61,233 nucleotides of DNA, filler included, from 9 parts of 9 records of this genome joined end to end with filler, not necessarily neighbours in it; one strand, 5' to 3'; numbered from the whole stretch's first letter, positions 29,849-42,529 are shown. The notes: a model not told the origin generated them from the sequence alone. A program made the numbers and translations.

Positions 29849-30217
29849 TTATGCAATAGCCAGCATTTTTTTCGCCTCTTCGTTTAAAAAGGTTTGTGCT
29901 TCGCCGTACGATAGCACATCTCTTTTTATGTTTAGTACATTGTATTTTGGATCGGGCTTATCAATCTGCTCTGCATAATTTAAATTATACTTTTTCTTCA
30001 ATCCTGTAGGAACTACTTCTTCGCGAGAATAATCATACGTAAACTCCTCATGCTCAGCAAAAACAAATTCAAGTCCCGAGTCGCCAATTCCCTGTTCATA
30101 AAAACGGGAAAATACGAAATAAACTTTTCCATTCGGCATACCATAATAATGCGCCGGAAATGCCGTTGGTAAATACGACATGTATGTCCTGTGAATTAAT
30201 TTTGCCCCTAACTTCAT
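29849..30217 (-). CDS. Hypothetical protein (~122 aa)
   Basis: ORF fills the gap between convergent and divergent genes; no motif recognised. Confidence 0.65.
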   Translation of the reverse strand: MKLGAKLIHRTYMSYLPTAFPAHYYGMPNGKVYFVFSRFYEQGIGDSGLEFVFAEHEEFTYDYSREEVVPTGLKKKYNLNYAEQIDKPDPKYNVLNIKRDVLSYGEAQTFLNEEAKKMLAIA

Positions 30218-30469
30218 AGCACTGGTTTTAAAATTGGTCCAACAAAATCGAGTTTGCAAACGCAAAAAAAGCAATTTAAGCAAGGTCTAATTTAGTAGAA
30301 ATTTGCACAGCTGTCCTTAATTGGCCTGAAAGATAGCGAATTATATACAATTATTAAACAATAATATTACTTTTTTTTGACACCCTTTCAATTTTTTTGA
30401 ATACTAACAGTTACGTTAAACCGACTAGCCTGACCATAGCTTTCCCATTGTGAACCAGATTAAATAATG

Positions 30470-30477
30470 TATTTTTG
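30470..30477 (+). promoter_or_regulatory. Bacteroidota -7 element upstream of the transglycosylase
   Basis: TATTTTTG followed by CAGCC, with TTG about 20 nt upstream. Confidence 0.6.
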
Positions 30478-30506
30478 CAGCCTTATTTTAATAAATTCGT
30501 ATTGCG

Positions 30507-31421
30507 ATGAGGAACAAGAAGTGGTGGAAATATTTGTTGCCGGTACTAATTGCGGCAAAAGTAGTGGTAGTTGTAATGATTCTTAGCGCAGCGCGTTCCG
30601 ACGAACCAACAACAATTGTAAGCGCCGATAGCACATTTAAACCGGTAGAAATTCCGGAAGAGGTAAGTTTTGCTGGAGAAAAAATGCCAATTGAACGATT
30701 TGACGTAAAAGAAGCGCTCGACAGGGAACTTTTATCGAACGCCTACTTTCACTCGCAAACTATTCGCTATATAAAACTGGCCCCCCGTTATCTTTCTATC
30801 ATCGAGCCAATTCTGAAAGAACAGGGAATTCACGACGATTTTAAATACCTGGCACTGGCCGAAAGTGGTTTTAATCCGCGAGCTGTTTCGCCGGCCCGTG
30901 CTGTTGGTTTCTGGCAATTTATGAAAGGCACTGCTTTAGACTACGGATTGGAAGTGAGTGGCGAAATAGACGAAAGATACCACATTGAAAAAGCAACATA
31001 CGCTGCCTGCGAATACTTAAAACATTCCTACGAAAAATTTGGAAGCTGGACCCTGGTTGCAGCATCGTATAATCGTGGTATAACCGGAATTAAAAGACAA
31101 ATGGATCGCCAAAAAGAAGACGATTATTACAATCTTTTAATCACCACCGAAACGGCACGTTATGTGTACCGCATTGTGGCTCTAAAATTAATTCTGGAAA
31201 ATCCGGAGAAATACAATTTCAATATTTCTGAAGACGAAAAATACCCAATTATTGCAACAAAAGAAGTTGAAATTAACGGACCGGTAGCCAATTTTGGAGA
31301 TTTTGCGAAAAAGCACAGCATCAACTATAAATTATTGAAGGACTTTAATCCATGGTTGCGCGAAAGCAGTTTAACCAATTCAAGTAAGAAAACATACAAG
31401 GTGAAAATTCCGCAGTTATAA
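30507..31421 (+). CDS. Lytic transglycosylase (SLT/MltD-like)
   Basis: [32 protein letters not shown]. Confidence 0.92.
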   Translation: MRNKKWWKYLLPVLIAAKVVVVVMILSAARSDEPTTIVSADSTFKPVEIPEEVSFAGEKMPIERFDVKEALDRELLSNAYFHSQTIRYIKLAPRYLSIIEPILKEQGIHDDFKYLALAESGFNPRAVSPARAVGFWQFMKGTALDYGLEVSGEIDERYHIEKATYAACEYLKHSYEKFGSWTLVAASYNRGITGIKRQMDRQKEDDYYNLLITTETARYVYRIVALKLILENPEKYNFNISEDEKYPIIATKEVEINGPVANFGDFAKKHSINYKLLKDFNPWLRESSLTNSSKKTYKVKIPQL

Positions 31422-31443
31422 CAAATTAGGTTTTAAAAGGCAC

Positions 31444-31984
31444 ATGGCAGAAAACAATAAAAACGGTTATAATCTCCCGGAAAACATTGATCCGGAAGAG
31501 AAAGTGGTGGTACATGGAGCGCGTGTACACAACCTGCGAAATATCGATGTTGAAATTCCGCGAAATAAACTTACTGTAATTACCGGATTAAGCGGAAGTG
31601 GCAAATCGTCGCTGGCTTTCGATACTATTTATGCCGAAGGGCAACGCCGTTATATTGAAACGTTTTCGGCTTATGCGCGCTCTTTTCTGGGAAATATGGA
31701 GCGCCCCGATGTGGATAAAATTACCGGTTTAAGCCCGGTTATTTCAATTGAACAAAAAGTTACCACACGAAATCCTCGTTCAACAGTGGGAACGGTTACC
31801 GAAATTTACGATTTTCTACGTCTGCTTTATGCTCGTGCCGGAGAAGCTTTTTCGTTCAACACGGGCGAAAAAATGGTAAAGTATACCGAAGAAAAAATCA
31901 TTCAACTGATAAAAGACGATTTTGCGGGAAAGAAAATTATCATACTGGCACCGGTGGTAAAAGGACGAAAAGGACATTACCGCG
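31444..31984 (+). CDS. uvrA: Excinuclease ABC subunit A (3' truncated)
   Basis: [45 protein letters not shown]. Confidence 0.97.
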
Positions 31985-32084
31985 NNNNNNNNNNNNNNNN
32001 NNNNNNNNNNNNNNNNNNNNNNNNNNNNTTAATTAATTAANNNNNNNNNNNNNNNNNNNNNNNNNNNNNNNNNNNNNNNNNNNN

Positions 32085-32854
32085 AAAAATCCTTTGCCCG
32101 TCATCTGCCCGGAGCCTATTGCCATCTTTGAGTGGATAACATTATATCCCGTACCGGTTGGGTCAAGCGTCGGATCAAGGAACGTGAGAATACGGGACTT
32201 CTGCTCGTCACCCAGTAACTGCCAAATAGGAATTATGGATACAAGCCCCGTTCCTAGAATAGTGTATAACATCCACATCTTTGTTCCGCCGGCAAACAAT
32301 AAAACACCTATTATAAAAATGCATACAACCGCAGTTCCGATATCCGGCTGTCCTAAAATCAGTGCTAATGGAATGCCCGCCTTAAGCAGTATAATAAAAA
32401 GCTGTTTTACAGTAGTAACTCCTTTTTCAAGCTTGGATAAATCCTTTGCCATCATAATTATTAATACAATTTTCGCAACTTCTGAAGGCTGAATTTCCTG
32501 CTCACCAATCTCAAGCCTCTTTTGACCATATTGGTCTTCACCAAATACCAAAACTACTACCAGCAAAGCTAATATAATCAGATATGCAATGCCTATATAT
32601 CGCCCATATGCTCTATAATCTATAGATATTATTCCTGCGGCCAATACACATCCAAAAGCAAACCATATTAAGTGCTTTACTATATAAGATTTATTCATTG
32701 CCTGAATATAATCAAGCCAGCTTGAGCCGTATTCGATATCAGGGTCTCCCGTAGCATTAGTAAGCATTAAAAGCCCCATTATCATCAACGCAATAACTAG
32801 TCCTGCCAGTACAAAATCAAATTGTACCTTTTTTCTTTTTCCTAACTGTTCCAT
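32085..32854 (-). CDS. rodA: SEDS glycosyltransferase RodA (3' truncated)
   Basis: IQPSE.AK, QPDIGTA, DP.GTGYNVIHSKMAIGSG; follows mreCD-mrdA. Confidence 0.9.
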
Positions 32855-32859
32855 CTATA

Positions 32860-33575
32860 TTATTCCTCGTTGTCTACAACTTTCAAAATTACATCCGATA
32901 TTTTTTGATATAACTCTTTACTTTTACCCTTGGTATAAATTATACCAAGGTTTCCAGCCTGCACAATACTTTTTGATTCATCAATACTACCTATAACTTT
33001 ATATTTAAGTATCTCCTCAACGTCAGATATGTGCATACATTTACCTCGCCTTGCCATGGCGCTTCTTGCTCTGTTTACAATCACATATATTTTATCAATA
33101 TTATGTTCTTTAACCTTGTCAATGGTTGCCAATGCATCTCTTACCGAAGCAACATCAGGCGTTACAACAATGAGTGCAATATCAGCCACTGCTGCACATG
33201 CACTGAATCCGTCATCAATTCCTGCCGGAGAGTCAATCATACAGATATCATAGTTTTCATCAAGCATTCCGCAAAGCGTTTTCATATCCGGCCTGCTGTA
33301 TTTTTTTCTTGAGGAGCTGTAATTAAATATAAATCCGGAAACATTGGGTGACTAATCGCCGCATCCCCTGCCCTGCAATTTTCACTGATAACATCCACTG
33401 CATCAAAGACTATTTTTGAGCTTAATCCAAGCGCTATATCAAGATTTCTGAGTCCTGCATCTCCATCTATCAATATCACCTTTTTATCTTTTTGTGAAAT
33501 CATGGCACCGACGTTTGCACATATTGTGGTCTTTCCTACGCCGCCCTTTCCCGATGTAACCAATATCTTTATCAT
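32860..33575 (-). CDS. minD: MinD-family ATPase, frameshift in an A-run at ~33301-33307
   Basis: SGKGGVGKTT, DAGLRNLD, IDSPAGI, VVTPD..SVRDA, VNR. Confidence 0.8.
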
Positions 33576-36058
33576 TCTGTCACCGAATAAGGGCTTGGAA
33601 TTTCCGCAGGTTCTTCAACAACATATTTTTCATCTAAGTAGTATTCAACTATTTCTCTTGCTGTATATGATGCATATCCTCCAGAGTATCCGTTGGGAAT
33701 CATAACTACAACCGCAATTTCCGGCTGTTCAAATGGTGCAAAGCAAACAAACCATGCGTTATTTTCTAGGTCAATGTCTCCTACTTCAGCTGTTCCCGTC
33801 TTTCCGCCTATTTCGTCGATATACTTAAAGTTCGTAAAATACTTCGCTGCCGTACCGCCGTCTTCTAATGATACAACCTCAGCCATACCTTCTTTAATTG
33901 CAGCAACATATGCTTGATCTATATTCAGTTCCCGTACAATCTGCGGTCTTGTCTCACTAGTAACCTTACCATCAGGGGAAACAATAGACTTAATCAAAGT
34001 AGCATCATATACATATCCTCCGTTGACGATAGCAGAAACATATCTTGCTACTCCTATAGGGGTCAGCAGTGTAACAGACTGTCCTATACCCGTAAGAATG
34101 TTTTCAGTAGCAGTCCATTTTATTTCAAGTAAATAGGAACTAATCTGCGAATCATATGTTTGATACGGGTAGTTACGTATTGCCTGAGTATCTAAGTCCA
34201 GCTCATTTTTCAATATTCCACGTATATCCGGTCCCCACTCAGTAGTATTTGCCAGAACCAAATCCATTAATGTCTCTGTAACCTCTTCATAAAGCTCGTC
34301 TTCATATTCAAATTCCTGTTTTCTGCATGCTTCTTTTAATGTGGCTTTTATCGATGAATAAACAACTGCCGTACGACCGGTAGGCGTTTCACCGCTGGTA
34401 TAAAGTGTATCCTGACTGGCGATTTGTCCGGCAATTTCACCAGTCAATTCAACATTAGTTTTGCTGTCTAACCCCAAATTTGTCGCCCATTTATTCAGCA
34501 GTTCATTACCTAACTCATCAGCAACAGTATAAAAGAAGTAGTTACATGAGTTTTTAAGCCCTTCTACAACTGTCTGGTTCTGATGAAGGTAATATTTAGG
34601 ATATACCCAGCATGTAGGGTATTTACCGGATGTAATATCCTTTGTCCATTGTCCTTCATCGTCGATTTCCGTCTCTAAGGTAATTTTCCCCTCCATCAGT
34701 CCTGCAACAGCAGTAACCATCTTAAATATTGAATAAGGCGTGGACGTAGATGCAATCGCATTATTAAACAATGGATGTCTTTCATCCAGATACAGAAGGT
34801 CGGCGTTTTCCTGAGACAAACCTCCTGTAAAAAGATTTGGGTCATATGACGGATAAGATGCCATAGCCAAAATTGCCCCTGTCTGCACCTGCATCACCAC
34901 AACAGCACCTATCTCTGCTAAATCAATATCATCTATACTGTCTACATACTGGTCATATTCTTCTTTAGCATCGTTATAATCTGCAACCTGCTGAGCATTA
35001 ATCTGCTTAATATTTTCTTCTAATGCTTCCTCTGCTATTTTTTGAAGGTTAGAATCTATGGTAAGAATAACATTATTTCCGTCAGTAGGCTCATCAACAG
35101 ATATTTCACCTACCACTTTACCTCTTGAGTCAACTTCCACGACACGCGTGCCTGTCTTTCCCTCAATGTTTGCAGATAGTTCAAACTCCATTACCGATTC
35201 GATGCCCGAAATACCTATTAAATCATCGCGGGAATATCCTATTTCTTCATACTCAAGCAGCGTAGCCTCATCAATCATACGCCCCATATAGCCTACAATA
35301 TGGGCAGCCAGCTCATTTTTAGGATATATTCTTATGCTGTCCTCTTCTATTTCCATGCCATCCAATTCTATACTTTGCATTTCAATGGTAGCAACTGTCT
35401 CAAAGCTGACATCCTCCGCTATGGTAACTGGAGAATATGACCTGTATGATGATTTCTGTACTTCCTGCCATACGGACAGAAGCTTCTCTCCCTCTTCAAA
35501 AGATACATCCTCCGGAATAGAATATTTGTCGCGCAAATACCAGTAAATTTCTCTGGTATCCTTAGTGCCAGCATTAAATTCTGCTTGGACACTATCGGAA
35601 ATTGACATATTATCAAACCATGTGTTTATCCGGTCATTCATATCCGCTTCATCTACTCCCGCAAAATAGAACTCATATTCCGCTTCACCGTCAGCTACTT
35701 CTACCTTGATACTGAAGCTTGTTATGCACTCCCCGCCGTTTTCTTCAATTATTTCTATGGTTCTTCTGATAATGTCCGTATATTCACTGCCATAATCACT
35801 AGTAGATTTACTTGCGTCTTTGTAAAAAACTACATTATAGCTGTTCTGATCGTATGCTAATGGCACACCATTAGTGTCTAATATCATGCCCCTGTCGCCA
35901 GTTAAACGCAGCTCTTTGTCAAGACCGGATACCGCTTCCTCTGCATATTCTTCGCCTTGTCTCCATTGGAGATTTAAAAGCCCAATTAACAGAATAAAAA
36001 ACAGTACTCCTACTATTATCATTACAACCTTATATCTATTTATAAACTGATTTTCCAT
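33572..36058 (-). CDS. mrdA: Class B penicillin-binding protein 2
   Basis: RGMILDTNG, RIYP, GISGIE; catalytic motifs SIFK, SCN, KTG. Confidence 0.9.
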   Translation of the reverse strand: MENQFINRYKVVMIIVGVLFFILLIGLLNLQWRQGEEYAEEAVSGLDKELRLTGDRGMILDTNGVPLAYDQNSYNVVFYKDASKSTSDYGSEYTDIIRRTIEIIEENGGECITSFSIKVEVADGEAEYEFYFAGVDEADMNDRINTWFDNMSISDSVQAEFNAGTKDTREIYWYLRDKYSIPEDVSFEEGEKLLSVWQEVQKSSYRSYSPVTIAEDVSFETVATIEMQSIELDGMEIEEDSIRIYPKNELAAHIVGYMGRMIDEATLLEYEEIGYSRDDLIGISGIESVMEFELSANIEGKTGTRVVEVDSRGKVVGEISVDEPTDGNNVILTIDSNLQKIAEEALEENIKQINAQQVADYNDAKEEYDQYVDSIDDIDLAEIGAVVVMQVQTGAILAMASYPSYDPNLFTGGLSQENADLLYLDERHPLFNNAIASTSTPYSIFKMVTAVAGLMEGKITLETEIDDEGQWTKDITSGKYPTCWVYPKYYLHQNQTVVEGLKNSCNYFFYTVADELGNELLNKWATNLGLDSKTNVELTGEIAGQIASQDTLYTSGETPTGRTAVVYSSIKATLKEACRKQEFEYEDELYEEVTETLMDLVLANTTEWGPDIRGILKNELDLDTQAIRNYPYQTYDSQISSYLLEIKWTATENILTGIGQSVTLLTPIGVARYVSAIVNGGYVYDATLIKSIVSPDGKVTSETRPQIVRELNIDQAYVAAIKEGMAEVVSLEDGGTAAKYFTNFKYIDEIGGKTGTAEVGDIDLENNAWFVCFAPFEQPEIAVVVMIPNGYSGGYASYTAREIVEYYLDEKYVVEEPAEIPSPYSVTE

Positions 36059-36071
36059 TAAATATCACCTT

Positions 36072-36593
36072 TTAATTGCCGTATCCCGATTTTATGCGGT
36101 TTCTTCTTAACTGTGTTTCATTGCTTTTGTGTAGCCACAAATGATTAACAATTGAAAATCCGCTGGTGGTTAACATAACCAAAAGACTTTGAAAAACTAA
36201 ACTTAGATTGAAAACTAAAACACTCCTTGAAAAATATAGCGATAAAAACATAAAAATATCATACAAAACAATAGTAATAATGCTAAATGTTACTGCGGAT
36301 AAATAGTGCTTATCATTGATGTATTCTTTTAAAATTCCCGCAACAAAACCTCCGATGCAAAACGGAATTGCAGACAAACCTAAACCATACCCTGTAAGCA
36401 AGTCAATAATTAGTCCGCCGATGTATCCGCAGGCAAGTCCGTATATTGGACCAAACAGCAAAGCTGAAGGTATTAAAGCAGCTACAAACAAATTCGGAAC
36501 AAATTGATTCATACCAAAAACATGCAGTGCAGATGTCTGCACAAACAGCCCAAAAAGCATCTGTATTATACTCAGTGCTCTTACTCTACCCAT
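36072..36593 (-). CDS. mreD: Rod shape-determining protein MreD
   Basis: Polytopic membrane protein with PNL and GLIIDLL.G..LG; lies between mreC and mrdA. Confidence 0.85.
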   Translation of the reverse strand: MGRVRALSIIQMLFGLFVQTSALHVFGMNQFVPNLFVAALIPSALLFGPIYGLACGYIGGLIIDLLTGYGLGLSAIPFCIGGFVAGILKEYINDKHYLSAVTFSIITIVLYDIFMFLSLYFSRSVLVFNLSLVFQSLLVMLTTSGFSIVNHLWLHKSNETQLRRNRIKSGYGN

Positions 36594-37176
36594 CAGTGCC
36601 TCCTGTTGTCTCTTCCGAATCTTCTTCTGTAACTTCTTCTTCGGTTGATTCCTCATCATCTGATTCTTCTATTACAGCATCGTCAATTACTTCTTCATTT
36701 GTTTTTCCGACTATTATAAGCAAATTTTCAAGGTGAGCAAAGTCTACAGCCGGTGTTACTGTTGCATATTTTTCTGAGCTATCTTCACTTACAACTTCTT
36801 TTACTTCCCCGATTACTATTCCCTTAGGGAAAATCTCCAATAATGCCGATGTCACTACAGTATCACCGGGCACTAAGTCAGCGTCATTCGATAGATAGCT
36901 CATTTTAATCTCCGGTTCATCGGTATATGGATCCGTAGCACCACCTGCTATTCCATTGTCTCTTGAGCGCTCAGCAACTACGGGAACAGCGCTTTGAGAA
37001 TCAATAATAGAAAGAACCTTCGACGAGTTAGGATATACTTCTATTATTCTGCCTACCAGACCGTCTTCATTAACCACCGCAGAGTTAATAACTATTCCTT
37101 GGTTTGCTCCACGGTTTATGGTAAACTCCATAAACCAACTATTCGGGTCACTGGCTATTATCTCTGCGTGGACATA
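36586..37176 (-). CDS. mreC: Rod shape-determining protein MreC (5' truncated)
   Basis: INRG..QGI, GLVGRI, GDTVVTS, FPKGI.IG.V, PAVDF..LE. Confidence 0.92.
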   Translation of the reverse strand, partial: YVHAEIIASDPNSWFMEFTINRGANQGIVINSAVVNEDGLVGRIIEVYPNSSKVLSIIDSQSAVPVVAERSRDNGIAGGATDPYTDEPEIKMSYLSNDADLVPGDTVVTSALLEIFPKGIVIGEVKEVVSEDSSEKYATVTPAVDFAHLENLLIIVGKTNEEVIDDAVIEESDDEESTEEEVTEEDSEETTGGTDG

Positions 37177-37276
37177 NNNNNNNNNNNNNNNNNNNNNNNN
37201 NNNNNNNNNNNNNNNNNNNNTTAATTAATTAANNNNNNNNNNNNNNNNNNNNNNNNNNNNNNNNNNNNNNNNNNNN

Positions 37277-40200
37277 TCTGATCTGAATAATGACAGTTAT
37301 CTTGATCTTATAATTGGTTTAAATAGTTGTAAAAATGAAAAAGCATTGGTTTTTAGGAATGATTCAAATGGTATTTTTAATATTAACCAAACAATTGACT
37401 ATAATGCAAATGCTCGTAATTTAATTAATGTCACTGATGTAAATCATGATGACAAAAATGATTTGATAATTACTGACAATAATTACTTAAATATTTTAGA
37501 AAATAATGGGGTAGCCTGGTACTGAACAATATTAATCTCTACAATAATAATTCTTTATGTTTGAAAACAGGCAATATTTTTGATAATAAAGAAGAAGATC
37601 TTATTCTTGGATCTTACAATGCGAGAATATTTAAAAATGAGAATGCCGTTTATAATGAGGTATATGATGATCGATATGAAGGTGACGATTATGAAACAAG
37701 AGATTTAGAGTTAAGTGATTTTGATCTTGATGGTGATCTAGATATGCTGTCCGTTACAAATCATAAAAGACCGCAAATTTTATTAAATACCACTTCTTAC
37801 TATCGTGAATTTACATCTCCTTCTGTCCCTAATAATTTGAGTTCATCTATAAATGGGAACTTCGCCGAACTTATCTGGGATAAATCTACAGATGGACAGT
37901 CTTACCAAGATTTATTGAAATATAATATACAGTTAGGTACCTCTTCAAATAATTATAATATGATAAGTGGTAAAGTATCATCATCTGCCATTGAATCAAA
38001 TCACATATCATTAAATCTGGAAGAATCGGGCACCTATTATTGGCGGGTGCAGGCTGTTGACGCCCAAAAGAATAAGTCTGGATGGTCAAATGAACAATCG
38101 TTTACAATTGTTGATCAAAAATCACCTCAGATTGTGAGGATTTCACCTAAACCATCTAGCGAACATGTTATGCTTGATGATTCTATAATTATTTCCTTTT
38201 CCGAAAGGATTGACAGTTCATTGATCGATCTGGAAGTTTTGAATTCTCAAAATGAAATATGTTCTGGGGAGATTAAATTCAATGATAATTTAAATGTTTT
38301 AACTTTTTTTGCAGATTCAAATTTTAAAGCGGGAGATTCAATTTTTATATCACTTAAAAATATTCAGGATAATAACGGAAATACCTTACCTGACACTTTT
38401 TGGACTTTCAAATGTATTGACATTCAATTTATAATAAAAAAAGTTAGTACGCAGAATGAAAACAATGAAGCGTACATTGGTCAAAACAACTACTACAACA
38501 TAATATTTCAAAATATTGGTGTAAAAACTGCAAAAAATCTAAGGCTTAGAATTACACATGAGAGTGATTATGTAGATTATTATATAGGAAGTTATACAGT
38601 GATTGATTCTATTCAACCTCAGCAGGAATATAATTTCTCATCTTATTTTAGAATGAAGAATAATTGCCCTCCGGGTTATGAATTGACATTTTACCTTGAA
38701 TTAACCGAATTATCTCCCTATAATGTATATATCGAAGATTCTATTGTTTTTAAACCATTAATTGATATCGGAGCCCCCAAGATAGTTGATGTCTATTTAG
38801 ATGAACACAGGCCTGCGATAGGGGATTCTGTAAAAATTACAGCAGAATTAATGGATGGGGCTGGGGTAAAAAGCTGTGAAGCCCTTGTATATGATGCGGT
38901 TGCCAGAACACCTATATTCAATCTTCCTATGGAAAGGATAGGCAATTCAAATATTTTTACGGTTTATTGTAATAACTATATGCCTGATAAGTATTACTAT
39001 ATAGACATCTCAGCAACTGATTCACTTAATAATAATATAAGGTCTGGAAATATTAAGGCTGGGTTTTCTACGCATAATTTCAATCTAGCCAGTAAAAACA
39101 TATTGTATTTTGCTTCAGACTATTTTTATCATCATTATACTTTTGATAATTATCATACCATTTTTAATCATTTAAATATTGATTATGACTGTTGGTTTCA
39201 ATTTTATGATGGGATATTCCCTCAAAACTATTGGGAAAATGAACTCAAATATAAAAACTTGTTCTTTATCATGCCATTTATGAGTTCGATTGAATTTTCT
39301 GACACATCCACTCTATCAGTTAATTTATCAAAATGTCCTGAAAATGAAACACATTTGGTTTTTAGTACTACAAGATTTGGAGATATATTGTATGACAGTC
39401 CAAATTTATTGCGGCATTTTGGCGTCAACAAAACTTCTTATGAATATGGAAGTTTTGTTTTTGAAGCAAGGCATAATGAAATTATCAGTGAAGATTTAGA
39501 AATAAGAACTGATAAGATGCCAGTATATAATTTTACTGATTATAATGGCCATCCCATTTTATGGAATGATTCTAATGTTGTGGCTTTTGGCAATGAAATT
39601 CTTGGCACTAGAATAGCTGTATTTGGTCATATGCCGGACGATTATCAAATCAATCAACATGTATATTCTTTATTTGATGATCTTATTATTTGGTTAAATG
39701 AAAATGATCCTGTTCCGCCTGATACAATTGCCCCAATAGCCCTTTCTAATATGAATTTTGTAGCGAATGAAGATACCCAATTGTATATCGACTTAAATGA
39801 ATTTTACGAAGATAATCGAATTGATAGTTTAATTTTTACAATTGGTAAAATTAGCGATTCAATAAATGTTGAATTAACAAACAACAATAGATTAATCCTG
39901 ATTCCTCAGGAAAACTGGTATGGAGATGACCAATTTCAAATTACTATTTCAGATAAAATTAACGTTCTTATCGACACTATTTATATTTCCGTCCTACCTG
40001 TCAATGATCCTCCAGAATTAAATAAAATCGGTACGGTTATTATAAAAGAAGATTATCCATATTCACTTGAAAAATCAACTATTACAAATGACATTGACGG
40101 GGATAGTTTGATATTTTATTTATCGGAGAACTCAAAATTCTATTACAAACATTATGATGATAGTATTTTAATAATACCAGAAAAGAATTGGTTTGGTAGT

Positions 40201-41940
40201 GAACAGCTTTTTATACAAATATCTGATTTGGAATATAATTTTAATGATACAATTAATATTACTGTTTTACCAGAAAACGATCCCCCTGAATTATGTATTA
40301 AACAAGTTTTTATTTACGAAGACAATACTCTCAGCATTCAATTGGATTCATTTGTAGTTGATGTTGATAATGAATATTTTGAAATAAAATTTTCTGAAAA
40401 TGCTTATTTTAACTTTTCAATAGATAATGATTTCATTAATATTATTCCCAATAAGGATTGGTATGGAGATGAAAATTTATATGTATCATTAAGTGATTAT
40501 TTTAGTGAAACAATAGACACATTTGCAATTCATGTTATCCCGGTAAATGACAATCCTGTTAAACTGAAAGATACAATTATACGGTTGGGTGAAAACAGTC
40601 CTATAAAAACTTTAAATCTTGATTCGATTTATTTTGATAGTGACAATGAGTATTTAAATTACGCTCTGATCAATACTTCAGGTAAATTACATTCTGAAAT
40701 TACAGATGAATTATTATTTTATTTTCCTGAAAAAGATTATCGGGGTAAAGAATTTGTTTCGATAAAAGTAGATGATGAGACATCATACATTATTGATACA
40801 ATTTGGTTTTATATATTTTCAGAGAACACTGAGCCTATGCTTTTGACAGACAGTTTGAATATTCAAATAAATGAAGATATAAAGGTTGGTTATAGAACTT
40901 CAAAGTTCGTTTATGACGAAGATAATGATGATCTAACATTTAATTTTTCAAAAAATAAAAATATTGCTCTCTATCAAAATAAAGATATTATATATTTTGA
41001 ACCTTCATTAAATTGGTTTGGGATTCAAACTATTGATTTTAATGTGTCGGATATTGACACAACAATTTCTGGAAAGTTTATTATTGATGTATTACCAATA
41101 AATGATCTACCATATAAAACAAATAATCCAGTATTTATTTCATTCGAAGATGATTCAACTCAGAGTATAAATTTAAATGAATTTTATAGGGATATAGATG
41201 ACGAAGCACTGCATTATAGACTAATTAAATATTCCCCAAAGATTACAGCCTCAATTGAACAAGACGTATTGTCCCTTAAACCACTAAAAAATGCAAATGG
41301 TGAGGCTTATATAAAATATAACGTTACAGATAAAAGTGGGTACATAAGGGATTCTATTTTATTTAATATTTTTCCAGTAAACGATTCACCTGTTATTACA
41401 AATAAAATAGATACTATTAAAATTAAACCCTTTGAAGAAAAACCTTATGTTATCAATTATTATGATCCAGATGATTCAACCTTAATTTCATTTGATTATT
41501 ATTCACAATCGGGAAGAACCAACATTGAACTGGATTCTTTATCTACTACTTCTATATTTCTAAACATAATTCTTGATAGCGAACTACACGAAAATGACGA
41601 TATCGTATTGATAATCAAAGATAAAACAGGGTTAACCGATCGGGATTCGGTTATAATTTCCCCTAACAGAATTACCGATATATCTATATATAAAGAAGAT
41701 AAAAATATTAAGGTATATCCGCAACCAGCATATGAAGAACTAAATATAGAATCATTTTCTTCACCTATTAAACATATAGAAATGTTTAATCTTGAAGGTA
41801 AAAAAGTATTATCTCAAAACATTAATCAATTATTCAAAGCAAAATTGAATTTAAAAAATTTCAGCGAAGGTGTTTATTATGTTGTAATTGAGCAAGGTGA
41901 ACAAAAAAGTATTAAAAAAATAGTATTGTTAAAACAATAA
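37277..41940 (+). CDS. Large T9SS-secreted surface protein: FG-GAP/VCBS repeats, FN3, Ig-like domain, about 6-7 tandem-95/cadherin-like repeats and a type A C-terminal sorting domain (5' truncated, frameshift at ~37508)
   Basis: DLNNDSYLDL, DVNHDDKNDL, DFDLDGDLD; YYWRVQAVD; repeated ED...P..NWYG...V.PVND.P; C-terminal VYPQPA...FNLEGK...GVYYV...KKI. Confidence 0.85.
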
Positions 41941-42383
41941 TCATAAGAATTGGCAAAAATGTATTTTTCGCAATAGAAAAATAACCGTTTCATCAGGACC
42001 TATCTAATTAGATAATTTTGTAGAAATTACTTTTGATGAATTAAATCTAAAATAGATTTAATTTTTTATACACCCCTTAATCTCAAGGCTGCATAGCATT
42101 TTAGTAAATAGTTCAAAACCATTTCTGAAATTAATTTTGCTAAAGAGTTTTTTCATCCCCCGCTTGGCATAGATTGGCAAAATGTATCGTCATTGAATCT
42201 TATTTGATAGTTTGTAACTGTTATTGCAAAAACAAAAAGAAATATTCCACACGCTTCTTACGAAATAATTAATAGATTTATGGNNNNNNNNNNNNNNNNN
42301 NNNNNNNNNNNNNNNNNNNNNNNNNNNTTAATTAATTAANNNNNNNNNNNNNNNNNNNNNNNNNNNNNNNNNNNNNNNNNNNN

Positions 42384-42398
42384 CATGAATGTGCTCAT
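42384..42398 (-). CDS. rplM: First five codons (MSTFM) of probable 50S ribosomal protein L13
   Basis: ATGAGCACATTCATG preceded by GGAGGT, a structured leader and a consensus promoter; only 5 codons are visible. Confidence 0.6.
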
Positions 42399-42494
42399 AG
42401 ATGGATACCTCCGTAATATTTTTGCAAAATTCTGGTAGACGGATTTGCTTTCCGCGCTTTCCATCGTTCGGGGCAAGTGAACATACAGTCAGCA
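42399..42494 (-). ncRNA. Probable ribosomal protein L13 leader (5' UTR regulatory RNA)
   Basis: ~95-nt UTR with GCCCCG followed by a GATGGA/TCCGTC stem, between the promoter and the MSTFM start. Confidence 0.5.
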
Positions 42495-42500
42495 CTACGT

Positions 42501-42529
42501 ATTTTACTATATCTTAGTTCATGTGTCAA
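42501..42529 (-). promoter_or_regulatory. Near-consensus sigma-A/70 promoter
   Basis: TTGACA-17 bp-TAAAAT on the minus strand, with AT-rich sequence upstream. Confidence 0.85.
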
